From a virus (taxonomy: Duplodnaviria; Caudoviricetes), in the IMG/VR virus record IMGVR_UViG_2786546882_000003, positions 36,063 to 100,062 of that record: 64,000 nt of DNA; one strand, 5' to 3'. The position numbers and the translations under genes were made by a program. The notes under the pieces were generated by a model. It searched no databases. It saw only the letters and a list, made by a program, of their open reading frames with translations, and was not told the origin of the DNA. Below are positions 18,567-28,705 of this stretch, piece by piece; the first letter of the stretch is position 1; each line of letters opens with the position of its first letter.

Positions 18567-19288
18567 TAGAGGTCCACACAGTTTACTTTGACGGCACGGG
18601 GCGGACTCGCACGGACTTCAAGCGACTACGCGACGTGTTCATCCATAGCTTCCGGGCTCATATGCCGGATGCGAGGTTGCACGTCCACAACATCCCCCCG
18701 TGCGCACTTGGCCGGCAGTACAAACTCGCTAGCAACACGTACAAGCTGACAAAGTGGGCTGAGATCGCCGAGAAGGCGACCGGTCCGACAGTCATTTGCG
18801 ACTGCGACCTCATGTTTGACGGTCGCATCGACGACGCGTTTGACTACGACTTCGACTTGGCCTACGCGCAACGGTACGGGCGATTCCCCTTCAACTGCGG
18901 CGTGATCTTCCTGCGGCCGACGGAGACAGCGCGCGAAGTCATGCGGCAATGGAAGGCGATTAACGACAAGATGTTCGCAGACGCCACGTTTCATCTCCGC
19001 TACACCGACAAGTATGCGGGGATGAACCAGGCGGCATGGGGATACATGCGCGAGACTGGCAAACTACCTGAGACGGTCATTCAGGTGCCGCACAAGTACA
19101 ACGCTTGTGAGGATGAATGGCTCCGCGTTGAAGACATCCGCGTGTACCACCTGAAGACTACGTTGCGGCAGGCCTGCCTAATACCTCCAGATCAACTACG
19201 TCGAAAAGACCTCCGGCCGATTGTCGAGAAGTTCCACGCATGGGAAGCACAAGGTGAAATTAATTTCCGAGGAGTACCGACAGCTTAA
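18563..19288 (+). CDS. GT-A fold glycosyltransferase
   Basis: KLTKW, ICDCD (DxD), FNCGVIFL, GMNQAAW, KYN, VYHLK. Confidence 0.75.
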   Translation: MIEVHTVYFDGTGRTRTDFKRLRDVFIHSFRAHMPDARLHVHNIPPCALGRQYKLASNTYKLTKWAEIAEKATGPTVICDCDLMFDGRIDDAFDYDFDLAYAQRYGRFPFNCGVIFLRPTETAREVMRQWKAINDKMFADATFHLRYTDKYAGMNQAAWGYMRETGKLPETVIQVPHKYNACEDEWLRVEDIRVYHLKTTLRQACLIPPDQLRRKDLRPIVEKFHAWEAQGEINFRGVPTA

Positions 19289-19772
19289 CGCCGAGCTCCA
19301 CCAGAGGTCGGATGTCGGGTACGGGGGAAAAGGATACCGGCACGCCTCGGATGTGAGGAAGTTCGCCGACCGCCTGTCCGCGCGAACCGTGCTCGACTAC
19401 GGGTGCGGCAAGGCAACGTTATCCGAGCACTTGGCGATGAAGGTCATCAACTACGATCCAGCGATAGAAGAGTTCGCGTCTCCCCCAGATCAACAAGACA
19501 TCGTAGTTTGCACCGACGTGCTCGAGCACATTGAGCCTGACCTCCTCCAGAACGTGCTTCGACACATTGATGGGTTAGCGATCTCCGGAATCTTTGCCGT
19601 GATAGCAACCCGGCCAGATGGCAGCAAACTTCTGGCTGATGGGTCAAACCCACACAAAATCATCAAACCAGCGCGGTGGTGGGGAGAAACGTTGGCCAGT
19701 GTTTGGGGGAGGTTGAGTTTGATCGAGAGGAAAGGCGAAGTGCAGGTCACAGTCGATAAGGTCTTGGGTTAA
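19254..19772 (+). CDS. class I SAM-dependent methyltransferase
   Basis: VLDYGCGK, YDPA, DIVVCTDVLEHI. Confidence 0.85.
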   Translation: MKLISEEYRQLNAELHQRSDVGYGGKGYRHASDVRKFADRLSARTVLDYGCGKATLSEHLAMKVINYDPAIEEFASPPDQQDIVVCTDVLEHIEPDLLQNVLRHIDGLAISGIFAVIATRPDGSKLLADGSNPHKIIKPARWWGETLASVWGRLSLIERKGEVQVTVDKVLG

Positions 19773-20680
19773 TGGCACAGGTCGTAGAAGGCGGATCAAA
19801 CGGTTGGGTTGAGGTTGGCGGTCACCCCGACCTCAGCATGAAGCTGGTCATGAGCCGCACTACGCGCAGCATCACCCGCGTGTTCATGATCGAGTCGCCG
19901 ACCGGCGTGTACGATGAGGTTAATGCCTTCTTGGCGGAATGCCGACCGGCTTTTTCCCCGCCGGGAAAATACCCGATCCTCGGCGTGCAGCTGTACGTGG
20001 ACACCGTCAACATTGAACCATACGGAGCGGTCGGCAAAGATGACTTAGGAAAGCCTGTCCAAATCAACGGGTTTCCGTCGTACGAGTCGTTCAAAGCGAC
20101 TGTCACCTACACGCCGTTGCCGTACCAGCCGAAAAACCCAAACCAACCTTCTCCCGATCCACTTCTGGACAACCTCGAGATCGTCGCGAATGTCGGCGCC
20201 GAGGCGATGTCCCTCCCTGGCTCTCAGTTGTACTGGGCCGGCGGAACAAAGGTCACGAACGATCCAACGGTTGCCGCGTCGATCCGGATCGACACGATCG
20301 ACTACCAGATCACGAAGCATCACCTCAGGCGAACTGACATCCCGTGGGATGCGATCCGTACGATCAACAGTCGAGTCAACGAAGCCGCGTTCAGTGACTC
20401 ACACCCCATCTTCCCTGGAGTCAAGCAGGAATCGCTGCTGTTTCGTGGCGCGCAGATCTCAATTCGGTTTTCTGGTGACGGGACGATCGAGAACTCGTTG
20501 ACGTACAACTTCTCGGAGCGTACAGCGACGCACGACGGGGTGGACGTGAGCTGGAACCACCTGTACGACTCGCAAGCGGGTCAGCAGAAATTCCGGAAGG
20601 TCTACAAGGACTCGGCGAACAACAAGCCGCTCTACTCTACGTCCACTCAATCGGAAATTGAGGCGATCTTCGACACATGA
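19772..20680 (+). CDS. distal tail / tail-tip protein
   Basis: Synteny after tape measure; beta-rich; coupled start. Confidence 0.5.
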   Translation: MAQVVEGGSNGWVEVGGHPDLSMKLVMSRTTRSITRVFMIESPTGVYDEVNAFLAECRPAFSPPGKYPILGVQLYVDTVNIEPYGAVGKDDLGKPVQINGFPSYESFKATVTYTPLPYQPKNPNQPSPDPLLDNLEIVANVGAEAMSLPGSQLYWAGGTKVTNDPTVAASIRIDTIDYQITKHHLRRTDIPWDAIRTINSRVNEAAFSDSHPIFPGVKQESLLFRGAQISIRFSGDGTIENSLTYNFSERTATHDGVDVSWNHLYDSQAGQQKFRKVYKDSANNKPLYSTSTQSEIEAIFDT

Positions 20681-21324
20681 TGTTGAGCATGCGGCAATCT
20701 GGGGCCGGCCCTCTTAAGCGGTGGTCGGCCGGCGATGCTATCGTTCAGTCCAGGCTGAACGGTATGGTTGACGGTATTAACCGCGCCAACGCGTTGTCGG
20801 TAGGCAATACATCCGGCAGCGTGCTGCTCGCGCAGACTGTGGCCGAGAGCTCGAGCTACCCCGCCGCATCGACAAACCCCAATGTCTACCCGTTCCGATG
20901 GTGTGGTTTAACGGATCCGGCTGACACGCGATTTACGGCCGCCGGTCGTGTTTCGCTGTCGGCAGACACGGCAGTATTCGGCATCAGCGGCTATGTCCTG
21001 AACATCGCGGCGACAAGTTCTGACGACCCTAGCAATTACATCCCAGAAAACTCACTGATCCTTCTTTCCCCGTGTAACCTCGGGTTCTGGGTCACCTTCT
21101 ACAGCGTCTTTCGGCTGTATCGGTTCACTTTGACCTCAGTGTTCACGAGTAATACGGCGACGGCCAATATCAGCGAGATGTCCGGGACTTCTGCGTTCAC
21201 GGGGGTTGATCTCAAAGACCCAGAGGCAGTGTTTGACACTCTGGAGTCGGGAGATACCGGCCTCTGCGTGTATCAAGACGGCCAGTGGTTTGCGATTCAG
21301 GCCCCATGCCCCGTGACGACCTAA
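20677..21324 (+). CDS. tail-tip associated protein
   Basis: Synteny; RLNGMVDGINR; C-terminal W..IQAPCP comparable to the 30866 ORF end. Confidence 0.45.
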   Translation: MMLSMRQSGAGPLKRWSAGDAIVQSRLNGMVDGINRANALSVGNTSGSVLLAQTVAESSSYPAASTNPNVYPFRWCGLTDPADTRFTAAGRVSLSADTAVFGISGYVLNIAATSSDDPSNYIPENSLILLSPCNLGFWVTFYSVFRLYRFTLTSVFTSNTATANISEMSGTSAFTGVDLKDPEAVFDTLESGDTGLCVYQDGQWFAIQAPCPVTT

Positions 21325-21330
21325 CCAGAT

Positions 21331-21448
21331 TAGCGCTTTTTGACCTATCTGGTTTATCTGCGAATATGACGTTTGATCCATAGAGATATTCGAGGTTAGC
21401 ACAAGCAACCCGAAATTCTGCCAGTGCGCAGGGTTTCGGGTTTTTTCG
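21331..21448 (+). promoter_or_regulatory. late leader copy 2 with intrinsic terminator
   Basis: TAGCGCTTTTTGAC 21331-21344; CGAGGTTAGCACAAGCAACCCG 21391-21412; stem 21407-21421/21428-21442 then T tract. Confidence 0.8.
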
Positions 21449-21465
21449 TGCCTTGAGGGGTTCAG

Positions 21466-21666
21466 ATGAACAAAGCAAAGGTTTGGAAATTCGTAAAGGG
21501 TGCGTTGATCGCATCCGCTGGCGCCGCCCTGGCTTATTTGGGCGGACAAGTAATTCCAGCGTTGGAAGTAGCTGGTACGTCGGCCACGATCGTCGCGATC
21601 GCTTCGGCATTGGTGAACCTTGGAAAGGTGATCCTGCAGAAGATCGACGACGGGGCCGCACAGTAA
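21466..21666 (+). CDS. holin-like two-TM membrane protein
   Basis: GAGGGG RBS; two hydrophobic segments, basic N-terminus. Confidence 0.6.
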   Translation: MNKAKVWKFVKGALIASAGAALAYLGGQVIPALEVAGTSATIVAIASALVNLGKVILQKIDDGAAQ

Positions 21667-21956
21667 TGCTCTGGATAATTCGTCGATTCAACGCCCGCAG
21701 GAAACTGCGGGCTTTGCCGCCTGAGCAGCGCGAAGTCGCTTTGGCGATGGCGGCCGATTGCTGCCACAACGCGGCGACAGCCGAAGACTGCGAACTGCTC
21801 GCCAAGAACAAACTTGAGAGCGATCCGCCTGTCGGTTTCGGCGTCGTCGAGATTCTCGCAGTGATCCAAGTACTCATTGCGATCTGGAAGTTCATCGACT
21901 CGATGGGCTGGCTTGATCGTGCAAACCGACCAATGCTCGAGAAGGAATTGCTGTGA
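21666..21956 (+). CDS. membrane protein
   Basis: TAATG coupling; GFGVVEILAVIQVLIAIW TM segment. Confidence 0.55.
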   Translation: MLWIIRRFNARRKLRALPPEQREVALAMAADCCHNAATAEDCELLAKNKLESDPPVGFGVVEILAVIQVLIAIWKFIDSMGWLDRANRPMLEKELL

Positions 21957-22216
21957 CCTATTTCTTTGTCGCGCTCGTCGTCATGAGCCTCGTGTATTTC
22001 GCGTGGCAGGCGTTTGTCAAATTCCGTCCAAAACGTGAAGTCCAGCAATTGGATGTTGATCCTGCGGACGTCGATCGCAATCGGATGGAAGCGCACCGAT
22101 GTTACGAATGGCTGCGGAAATACCTTGAGTTTGCTGGTGAGACGGAAGCACGGCAGCACCTCAACAAATCTGCGGCCAGCCTTTACACCAGCGAACCCAA
22201 AAGCACGCAGTCATGA
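21953..22216 (+). CDS. N-terminally anchored membrane protein
   Basis: GTGA coupling; N-terminal TM. Confidence 0.55.
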   Translation: MTYFFVALVVMSLVYFAWQAFVKFRPKREVQQLDVDPADVDRNRMEAHRCYEWLRKYLEFAGETEARQHLNKSAASLYTSEPKSTQS

Positions 22217-22647
22217 ACTTAAACAAAACCGTTGGGCTGGTTTTGGCATTGAGCTTAGCGTTCCTCGCCGGGCAGTTCTTCAGCGGCAGTGGCGGCTTCT
22301 CGATTCCGGACTTTGGCGGTGTCATTCCGATCGTCGAACCGAAGGTCAACGGCGAAGGCTGGTTGGTCATGGTCGACGAGCTAAGTGATCCGCTGACGGT
22401 GACTGTCGATGCCGCCAGGAACATGGAGTGGCAAGAGAAGCTGACCAGCAAAGAGATCAAGTTCGCACGCTACGACGATGACGACGCCGTGGCGGAGAGC
22501 TACGTCAAAGCGCTCAGCGAAAAAGTACCAGGCGTGTTGCTTATGGAAGACGAAGCCGACGGCAGGAAGGTCGTGGCGACAAAGGCTTTGACCAAAGACG
22601 ACACGCTCAGTTCGATCACCGCATTTGTGGACGCCCATACCAAATGA
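22213..22647 (+). CDS. secreted or anchored protein, possibly thioredoxin-like fold
   Basis: Signal-like N-terminus; VPGVLLM segment. Confidence 0.5.
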   Translation: MNLNKTVGLVLALSLAFLAGQFFSGSGGFSIPDFGGVIPIVEPKVNGEGWLVMVDELSDPLTVTVDAARNMEWQEKLTSKEIKFARYDDDDAVAESYVKALSEKVPGVLLMEDEADGRKVVATKALTKDDTLSSITAFVDAHTK

Positions 22648-23525
22648 CGAAAGTCGGCGAAATCGTAAAGACGGCTCCTGGCCAGCTTGATGAAATCATC
22701 GGGCCAGAGGGTAACCGGATCAAACTCGGGCTGCGGAAGCCGCCAAAAGAGTTGCCGGTCACATACGCGCCGTTGGTCGGGGCTTTGCCTCGCCTGTTGA
22801 CCTACGATGAGATTAAGGCAAGGTGCGAAAGCGTCGACCGCCGCCCCTCCCGTGATCGATGGGGCCCAGACACGATCAAGGACCAAGATGGCCGAGGAGC
22901 CTGCCAAGGGTATGCGTCTGCCGGCATGGCCGAGCGTGTCCGAGAATCTAGCGGTCAGAAGCGAGTCGTCTTGTCTGGCGACTTCTCTTACTCGCTTGCC
23001 AATGGCGGCCGAGACCAGGGGTCTGCTTTGTCGCGCGGCTTCATGGCGGCTACCCAGGTCGGCTATGCCCCTGAAGACACGCCCGGCCTGAAGCGATGGG
23101 AATACCGCAAATCGCACATGCCGCAGGCTGCGTTCGCGGCTGCTAGCCGGTTCAAGGGTATCGACGGATTCTACTGCGAAACGCAGCAGGAATTCTTCAC
23201 GGCTCTTGCCCTCGGCATGATCGGCGTGATCGCCGTACACGTTGCCGGCGCTTTTTCGCAACTCGACAACTACGGGATCAGTCAAGGCGGCAACGGCGAT
23301 GGTAACCACGCCGTGTGTGCGGACGACTTGGTCTACGACCGTCGGCTCGGCGGATTCAAGATCGACTCACCAAACAGTTGGAAGCGGACTTGGGGGGATA
23401 ACGGACGTTGTTACTACACGTTCGAACGTCACCTTCGCCGCACTATCGAAGTTCACAAGTTCTACGTCTTCCCGATTCTTACGCAGGATCCACAAGGCGA
23501 TAACCCACCTCAGGTGCTCGTATGA
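22644..23525 (+). CDS. papain-like (C1) cysteine peptidase
   Basis: DQDGRGACQGYA (Gln/Cys), GNHAV (His), PNSWKRTWGDNG (Asn). Confidence 0.88.
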   Translation: MTKVGEIVKTAPGQLDEIIGPEGNRIKLGLRKPPKELPVTYAPLVGALPRLLTYDEIKARCESVDRRPSRDRWGPDTIKDQDGRGACQGYASAGMAERVRESSGQKRVVLSGDFSYSLANGGRDQGSALSRGFMAATQVGYAPEDTPGLKRWEYRKSHMPQAAFAAASRFKGIDGFYCETQQEFFTALALGMIGVIAVHVAGAFSQLDNYGISQGGNGDGNHAVCADDLVYDRRLGGFKIDSPNSWKRTWGDNGRCYYTFERHLRRTIEVHKFYVFPILTQDPQGDNPPQVLV

Positions 23526-24214
23526 AAACTCTAGCATGGATGTTCAGCTCGGCGACCGTCGCCGCGCTTGTCTCTTTGATCGGCGTCACGGACCAAGAAC
23601 CACAGACCGCTGTCGACGTCCCTGTCGCAAGCGCGCCAGTTGAAGCCGAAGTAGCTCCGGCTACGACGGTGGAGAGTTCAGACTGCTGCAGCGGGAGCTG
23701 TAACTGCTGCACGTGCGACAAAGACGCGAAGGCGGAAGCGGAGCCGGCCGAAAAGGCTGAAGTCGAGACTGCAAGTCGCCCGGAACCGAAGTTCGCGGTC
23801 GGAGAGATCGTCAGTGCAAACGGCGAGAAGTTGCGAATTAAAAGTGCCTTCTACGACGGCGATGAGTGGAAATATAAGGCTGAAGCCGTAGCGAGTACAC
23901 CCGTGTACTCCTCGTCAACCGGTTCGATTGCTTCCGGGTTCTACGACGGTACGAGCAAGTGGGATTACCCAGGCGACATCGCCCAACACTTGCTGAATCA
24001 TCCGAACCATCAGTTCAGCTACTCGCAAGTGGCCGGGAAGTCCAAGGACGAACTCGAGGCAATGCACGACGCTCACCATGATCAGATGTCCGGCGTCTCT
24101 GGCCAAAGTGTTGGGGCATACCGGGTCACGAGCCCTGGGCTGTTGTCGTATCCGATGTTCCAGAGCTCTGGTCGCAGTTCGTATTGCCCCAGCGGTCGCT
24201 GCCCGTTTCAGTAA
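23522..24214 (+). CDS. secreted Cys-containing protein
   Basis: Signal peptide, CCSGSCNCCTC, HLLNHPNH..HDAHH, C-terminal CPSGRCPFQ. Confidence 0.6.
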   Translation: MKTLAWMFSSATVAALVSLIGVTDQEPQTAVDVPVASAPVEAEVAPATTVESSDCCSGSCNCCTCDKDAKAEAEPAEKAEVETASRPEPKFAVGEIVSANGEKLRIKSAFYDGDEWKYKAEAVASTPVYSSSTGSIASGFYDGTSKWDYPGDIAQHLLNHPNHQFSYSQVAGKSKDELEAMHDAHHDQMSGVSGQSVGAYRVTSPGLLSYPMFQSSGRSSYCPSGRCPFQ

Positions 24215-24226
24215 CACGGAATCAGC

Positions 24227-24430
24227 ATGCCGACAAAAGTAAGTCTCGACGAGGCCACGACCGAGATCTCACGGCGAGCCTCGCACAAACGCGACAAACT
24301 CTGCAAGGTTGACACCGAAGTCTGCCTTGCAGCGTTTTTTGATTACCTGAATGAACTTCCGGCAGACGAGGCCTTTGCTCTGGTGAGTAAAGGCATGGCT
24401 GCGTCAGTACGGCGTAAAGCCCGAGGGTAG
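24227..24430 (+). CDS. small hypothetical protein
   Basis: 67-aa ORF fitting the operon spacing. Confidence 0.5.
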   Translation: MPTKVSLDEATTEISRRASHKRDKLCKVDTEVCLAAFFDYLNELPADEAFALVSKGMAASVRRKARG

Positions 24431-24432
24431 AG

Positions 24433-24753
24433 ATGCCAAGTAAATCCATTTCAAGCACGACGTCTGGCCTCGGCCCGGATGGCATCTACTGTCCGTACGA
24501 GAAGACGCAGCTCTACATCACAGCCCCTGATTGGAGCGGCAGTAAGGCACTACAGCTTTGGACCGCGCCAACTGACGCGGACTCCAACGACTTTGTTCCA
24601 GAAATGGCATCCACCTCTGACGACACGGTCTTCGAGACCAGTGCCGACGGCCGCGTGCAGATCCTGGGCCCCTGCTGGGTTCGACCTTATCTGACGAACC
24701 CTGGCACCGGCGTGACTCTCACCGTCTCCGATCCGACCACTGGCATCAGCTAA
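24433..24753 (+). CDS. small beta-rich virion protein
   Basis: GAGGG RBS; pattern similar to the 26130 ORF. Confidence 0.5.
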   Translation: MPSKSISSTTSGLGPDGIYCPYEKTQLYITAPDWSGSKALQLWTAPTDADSNDFVPEMASTSDDTVFETSADGRVQILGPCWVRPYLTNPGTGVTLTVSDPTTGIS

Positions 24754-24787
24754 GCCGGAACCAGCAGAGCACTAGGAGACACCAGCC

Positions 24788-25612
24788 GTGACGATCTCTA
24801 GAACACTCGAGCGATGCGTTCAGCGCCCTCTACGGCGCGGTGTTTCACGCGATGGTGTGTTATCCGGTTCTGGCTATACGTTTTCAGACTCGGACGCCGA
24901 AGCCTACGTCACATTGGTCGAAACCGCAGACGGAGAAACGCTTGAAAATGGCGTTAAAGAGGCAATCGACAATTTTGTCGCCGGGTGCAAGACGGATGGG
25001 ATTTGGGCGGATATCAACGCTGCGGTGATACTTGCAGGGGCAAGAACCCTAACAGGGGCACTGGTGCCGTTGAAGGGAACCGCACCGACGAACGTCAACT
25101 TTGTCAGTGGCGACTATAGCCGCACCAACGGATTGACTGGTAATGGGAGCACGAAATACCTGAACAGCAATCGAGCTGCCGATGCCGATGACTTCGAGGA
25201 TATGCACCTGTCGGTATACGTCACAGGCAGCAGGGAAACCGGAGTCGGCGGTTACATTGGCGGTTCTGCATCATCGCCGCACGCGGTGCTTGGTAACGCA
25301 ACGGGGTTTAGAGCGCGAGTCAACTCGGCGACACTGAGAACACTTGGCACTGGAACAACAGTCCCTAGCTGTATCGCTGTTAGCCGTCCCAATGCTGCAG
25401 GCTATGACTGGTGTGGCCTTGGCCAATCGGGAAATCAAGTAGACGCGAGAGTCGGCGGGGAGACTGGAGACATCACAGTTTTTGCCCGTGGCGGAGCGTC
25501 GCTTTCCGCGTGTCGACTAGCGTTCTACTCAATTGGATCGGCGACGACGCTGGCTGACTTAGACTCGCGGATTGCAACTCTCGTTTCAGCAATAGGGACG
25601 GCACTGGCATGA
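24788..25612 (+). CDS. virion fibre / lectin-like protein
   Basis: DSDAEAYVTLVETADG..GCKTDGIW..AGARTLTGALVPL..GLTGNGSTKYLN, a recurrent phage structural pattern. Confidence 0.6.
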   Translation: MTISRTLERCVQRPLRRGVSRDGVLSGSGYTFSDSDAEAYVTLVETADGETLENGVKEAIDNFVAGCKTDGIWADINAAVILAGARTLTGALVPLKGTAPTNVNFVSGDYSRTNGLTGNGSTKYLNSNRAADADDFEDMHLSVYVTGSRETGVGGYIGGSASSPHAVLGNATGFRARVNSATLRTLGTGTTVPSCIAVSRPNAAGYDWCGLGQSGNQVDARVGGETGDITVFARGGASLSACRLAFYSIGSATTLADLDSRIATLVSAIGTALA

Positions 25613-26004
25613 GTGAGCAAGAACTGGCCATTATTGTTGCTATTGGTGATGCGTTGCGTGCGAGTCCTCTTTCATGGAACCAAATCCCAGAACAGCAAAA
25701 GGCAATGATCATCGAGATCATGCGCCCCAAGCCAACCTTCGACAACGAACAGAGGACATTTCTTGAGCGTTGGTGGATGGCCATTGATGATGCAGAACTT
25801 GCTTCGATTAACGCCAAACTTCCAGCAAACACGGTAGTTAGCCCCCGCATTGATGGCGACGGTGGCAAGTGGATTTGCGCGGACTTGTTCACCGACGCAG
25901 TTGAGGCCAGCGGACGACTACACGCGATTCTTGATGACTTGCTTGGACTGACGCTGCACTATCTGACCGAGGACTACTGGACAGTTGATGATTCGCCGCC
26001 GTAA
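25609..26004 (+). CDS. hypothetical protein
   Basis: ATGA coupling; 131 aa. Confidence 0.55.
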   Translation: MSEQELAIIVAIGDALRASPLSWNQIPEQQKAMIIEIMRPKPTFDNEQRTFLERWWMAIDDAELASINAKLPANTVVSPRIDGDGGKWICADLFTDAVEASGRLHAILDDLLGLTLHYLTEDYWTVDDSPP

Positions 26005-26129
26005 CTCCCAGAAACCCGTAGTCAGAACAAGAGAACGACACCACTAACGCTTAACGATCCATTATCTGAAGAACACAAGAAGTGACGCTTGCTAGTCAGT
26101 AAGCATTCTAAATAAGGAAGGAACCTGAA

Positions 26130-26477
26130 ATGCCAGCAGCTGGGCGAGCGAAAGTGGAGATCTCCGAAAACGGAGACACGTACGACGACAGTGAAGAGTA
26201 TCTGGACTGTGAGTTCGAGGGCTGGTACGTCATCGAGATTGACGGGACTGTCGACACGAGCACAGTCATCAAGCCGTGGATTTCATTTGGCGGAACGAGC
26301 ACGCCGAACTGGAAAGAAATCCCAGATCCGGATGCAAGTTCTTACACGCCGTTCACATTCACGGCAACTGGCGTCAAGACATTGATGGTGCCTGGAAACT
26401 CGAAAGTCAAATTCGTAACTACTGACTACGATTCTTCTACCGGAACTAATGCGCGAAGGACTCGCGCCGCAAAATAA
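26130..26477 (+). CDS. small beta-rich virion protein
   Basis: AAGGAAGG RBS; DGT..ST....W.EI....FTATG pattern. Confidence 0.55.
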   Translation: MPAAGRAKVEISENGDTYDDSEEYLDCEFEGWYVIEIDGTVDTSTVIKPWISFGGTSTPNWKEIPDPDASSYTPFTFTATGVKTLMVPGNSKVKFVTTDYDSSTGTNARRTRAAK

Positions 26478-26487
26478 AGGTGCCTAG

Positions 26488-26928
26488 TTGAGTACCACAT
26501 CTCACTACGACATCTTGCAGCGTGTGATCACAAAGCTGAAAGCACTCAGCTTATCTCCGGTGTCGTCATCTCAAATATACGCCTGTGAATTTCCCTTCGA
26601 CAGGCATGTGGTTCCTGGAATCGCATGCAGCGAAATAGAGGAACACGAAGGCGCTGGAACAAACGAGAAGGATGACTTCATGTACGGAGTCATGCTCACG
26701 AGGGTGTTTGGCGGATCCGGCCAGGGCGATTACCACCAGGATCAGTCTGCGTGGAGGCAGAAAGTTCGCAGCCACTTTCATCGCCAGCTTCTTGGAAATA
26801 TCGACAACGAGATCATAACAAAGGTGAGCCCAGGAAGAATCAATCTCACTAAACAGTGGAGAGACTGGGGCATCGACGGTAACACAATGGAAATCTGGAC
26901 TTGGGTCAGGGAAGGCCGAGATAGCTAA
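26488..26928 (+). CDS. second tail-terminator-like protein
   Basis: Size and position before a tube-like gene; helix then beta layout. Confidence 0.45.
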   Translation: MSTTSHYDILQRVITKLKALSLSPVSSSQIYACEFPFDRHVVPGIACSEIEEHEGAGTNEKDDFMYGVMLTRVFGGSGQGDYHQDQSAWRQKVRSHFHRQLLGNIDNEIITKVSPGRINLTKQWRDWGIDGNTMEIWTWVREGRDS

Positions 26929-27878
26929 TGTCAACTTGCATGTCAATCGGATCGGCAGCAAAGCTTGCCGTACAGGGCGGCGGAACTGCACCAAGAACAT
27001 TCAACTCCAGCAGCGAGCGGTACGACTTTCTGTATGAAACGCTGACAAAGAAGCAGCGCCGCGTAGGCAATCGCACCATCAAAGGCGACTTGTCTGACTG
27101 GGAAGAGCGAAACGTCGAAGGCGCATCGCTATGCTCTGGGGTAATTGCTTTCAACGCAAGCCCACTGTGGTTTTCCAACTGGATGACCAGAATCATCGGA
27201 ACCACAACGAACGGCAACAATGGTGACGGCGATGCGATTTACGAGCCAGGCACATCGCTTCCTTCGTTCGATGTTCTGATCGACAAAGAGGCTGACACGT
27301 TCCACTTCTACGACTGCATGGTCAATCGTTGCATCATTCGCGGCCAGAATGTCCCAAGCGAAGAAGAGCCAGAAGTCATCAATGTTGTTGTTCAGTTGAT
27401 CGCAAAGCAGCGAGTCCTGACCACCTCTTGGCCTGATCCAGAGCCTTCTCTCTCGACGAGTTCCAACGCGCTACCGGACGTAATGGGCAAATCTGTGCTC
27501 ACGATGGACAGCACTGAATACGCATACGACAGTTTCGTGCTATCGATCGACCACGGTCTTATTCCGAAGTTCCGGAACAGCCTGAACATCAGCTGTATTC
27601 GTCCTGGGATGCGAAAGGTTCGCCTGCAGACGAACAACCCATTCTTGTCGGCAAGCTTCTCTGCGCTGCACGACACTCTTGCCTCTCCGATCGGCGGAAG
27701 CCTGAAGTTCGAGAGGGGTGATGCTTACACCGAGTTTGCTTTCGGCACCTTGGACAACATGGGCGAAGACCCGAATGTTCGTGGCAAAACTGAAATTGTC
27801 CACGCACTTGACTTCCAGTGCCTGAAGGACGCTAGCGCCGGATCGCCTGAGATCACAGGGACCACCCACCTGGGATAA
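26928..27878 (+). CDS. second tail tube-like protein
   Basis: ETLTKKQ..VG..TIKG, LPSFDVLIDK, YDCMVN..I.G, SFVLSIDHGL, PNVRGK.EI; 316 aa. Confidence 0.6.
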   Translation: MSTCMSIGSAAKLAVQGGGTAPRTFNSSSERYDFLYETLTKKQRRVGNRTIKGDLSDWEERNVEGASLCSGVIAFNASPLWFSNWMTRIIGTTTNGNNGDGDAIYEPGTSLPSFDVLIDKEADTFHFYDCMVNRCIIRGQNVPSEEEPEVINVVVQLIAKQRVLTTSWPDPEPSLSTSSNALPDVMGKSVLTMDSTEYAYDSFVLSIDHGLIPKFRNSLNISCIRPGMRKVRLQTNNPFLSASFSALHDTLASPIGGSLKFERGDAYTEFAFGTLDNMGEDPNVRGKTEIVHALDFQCLKDASAGSPEITGTTHLG

Positions 27879-27886
27879 TATAAGCC

Positions 27887-28705
27887 TTGGAAGAATACAT
27901 CGACGAAAGCCGACGCAGGAAGCTGCGCAATACCCCGACGATCGAAGAGATTGAACGTCGGGATATGGTCGCCATGGCCTACATGAACTCGACTGCTTTT
28001 GGCAGTGGCATGAGTGTCATGGGCGCTGTGAGAGCGCAAAAGCCCATCGATGTACCAGAGCCAAAGTTTGTTGAGAATGACACTGGCACATTCAAGCCTG
28101 GCACTCTCACTCACATGGTCATGGCAAACGCTGATGATCTCGCCACTGAGATCCCAAGAGAGCAGTTTGACCCGATTGACACAAATGTTGCTCCGTCACC
28201 ACGCGAGCCGCTGCCGAGCGTTGATGATTTTCCGCTCGGTTTACCGGGGGAACAGGTGATGGCTGGCGCCGTGAGCCCCGAAGCTCCGGCGCCAGTCTCC
28301 CCCACTCCTATATTTGTGCAGCCTGAGCCTCAGCCTCAGCTTGACAGAATAGTGGAGCCGCCACCTCCACAGCCGCCACCAGCCGTTCCAAGAAGTTCAG
28401 TTCCAGATATTCCGGAACCGGATATTGGATTCGAGCAGTCACCGCCTCTGCCGTGGCTTCCTTTTGTTCCTCCTGTCCCGATGGAAGCCTTTGAGAAAGA
28501 TGCTTCCAGCAACCAAGAGGGGATTAACGGCCCGCAGGAGTACACAGAGGAGGCATTCCAGAGATTTGCCTACTCCTACAAGAACTTCCTGCACACGCTC
28601 GGCAGCATTCTTTACGGAATGACCGACAGGACGGACGAAGCCTTGGCGAGAATCCGCGAGCTTGAAACTCAGCTCGACCGAAGATACAAGAGGCGTTATC
28701 AGTGA
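27887..28705 (+). CDS. proline-rich protein with C-terminal coiled coil
   Basis: PEPQPQ/PPPPQPPP tract; occupies the tape-measure position of module 2. Confidence 0.55.
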   Translation: MEEYIDESRRRKLRNTPTIEEIERRDMVAMAYMNSTAFGSGMSVMGAVRAQKPIDVPEPKFVENDTGTFKPGTLTHMVMANADDLATEIPREQFDPIDTNVAPSPREPLPSVDDFPLGLPGEQVMAGAVSPEAPAPVSPTPIFVQPEPQPQLDRIVEPPPPQPPPAVPRSSVPDIPEPDIGFEQSPPLPWLPFVPPVPMEAFEKDASSNQEGINGPQEYTEEAFQRFAYSYKNFLHTLGSILYGMTDRTDEALARIRELETQLDRRYKRRYQ

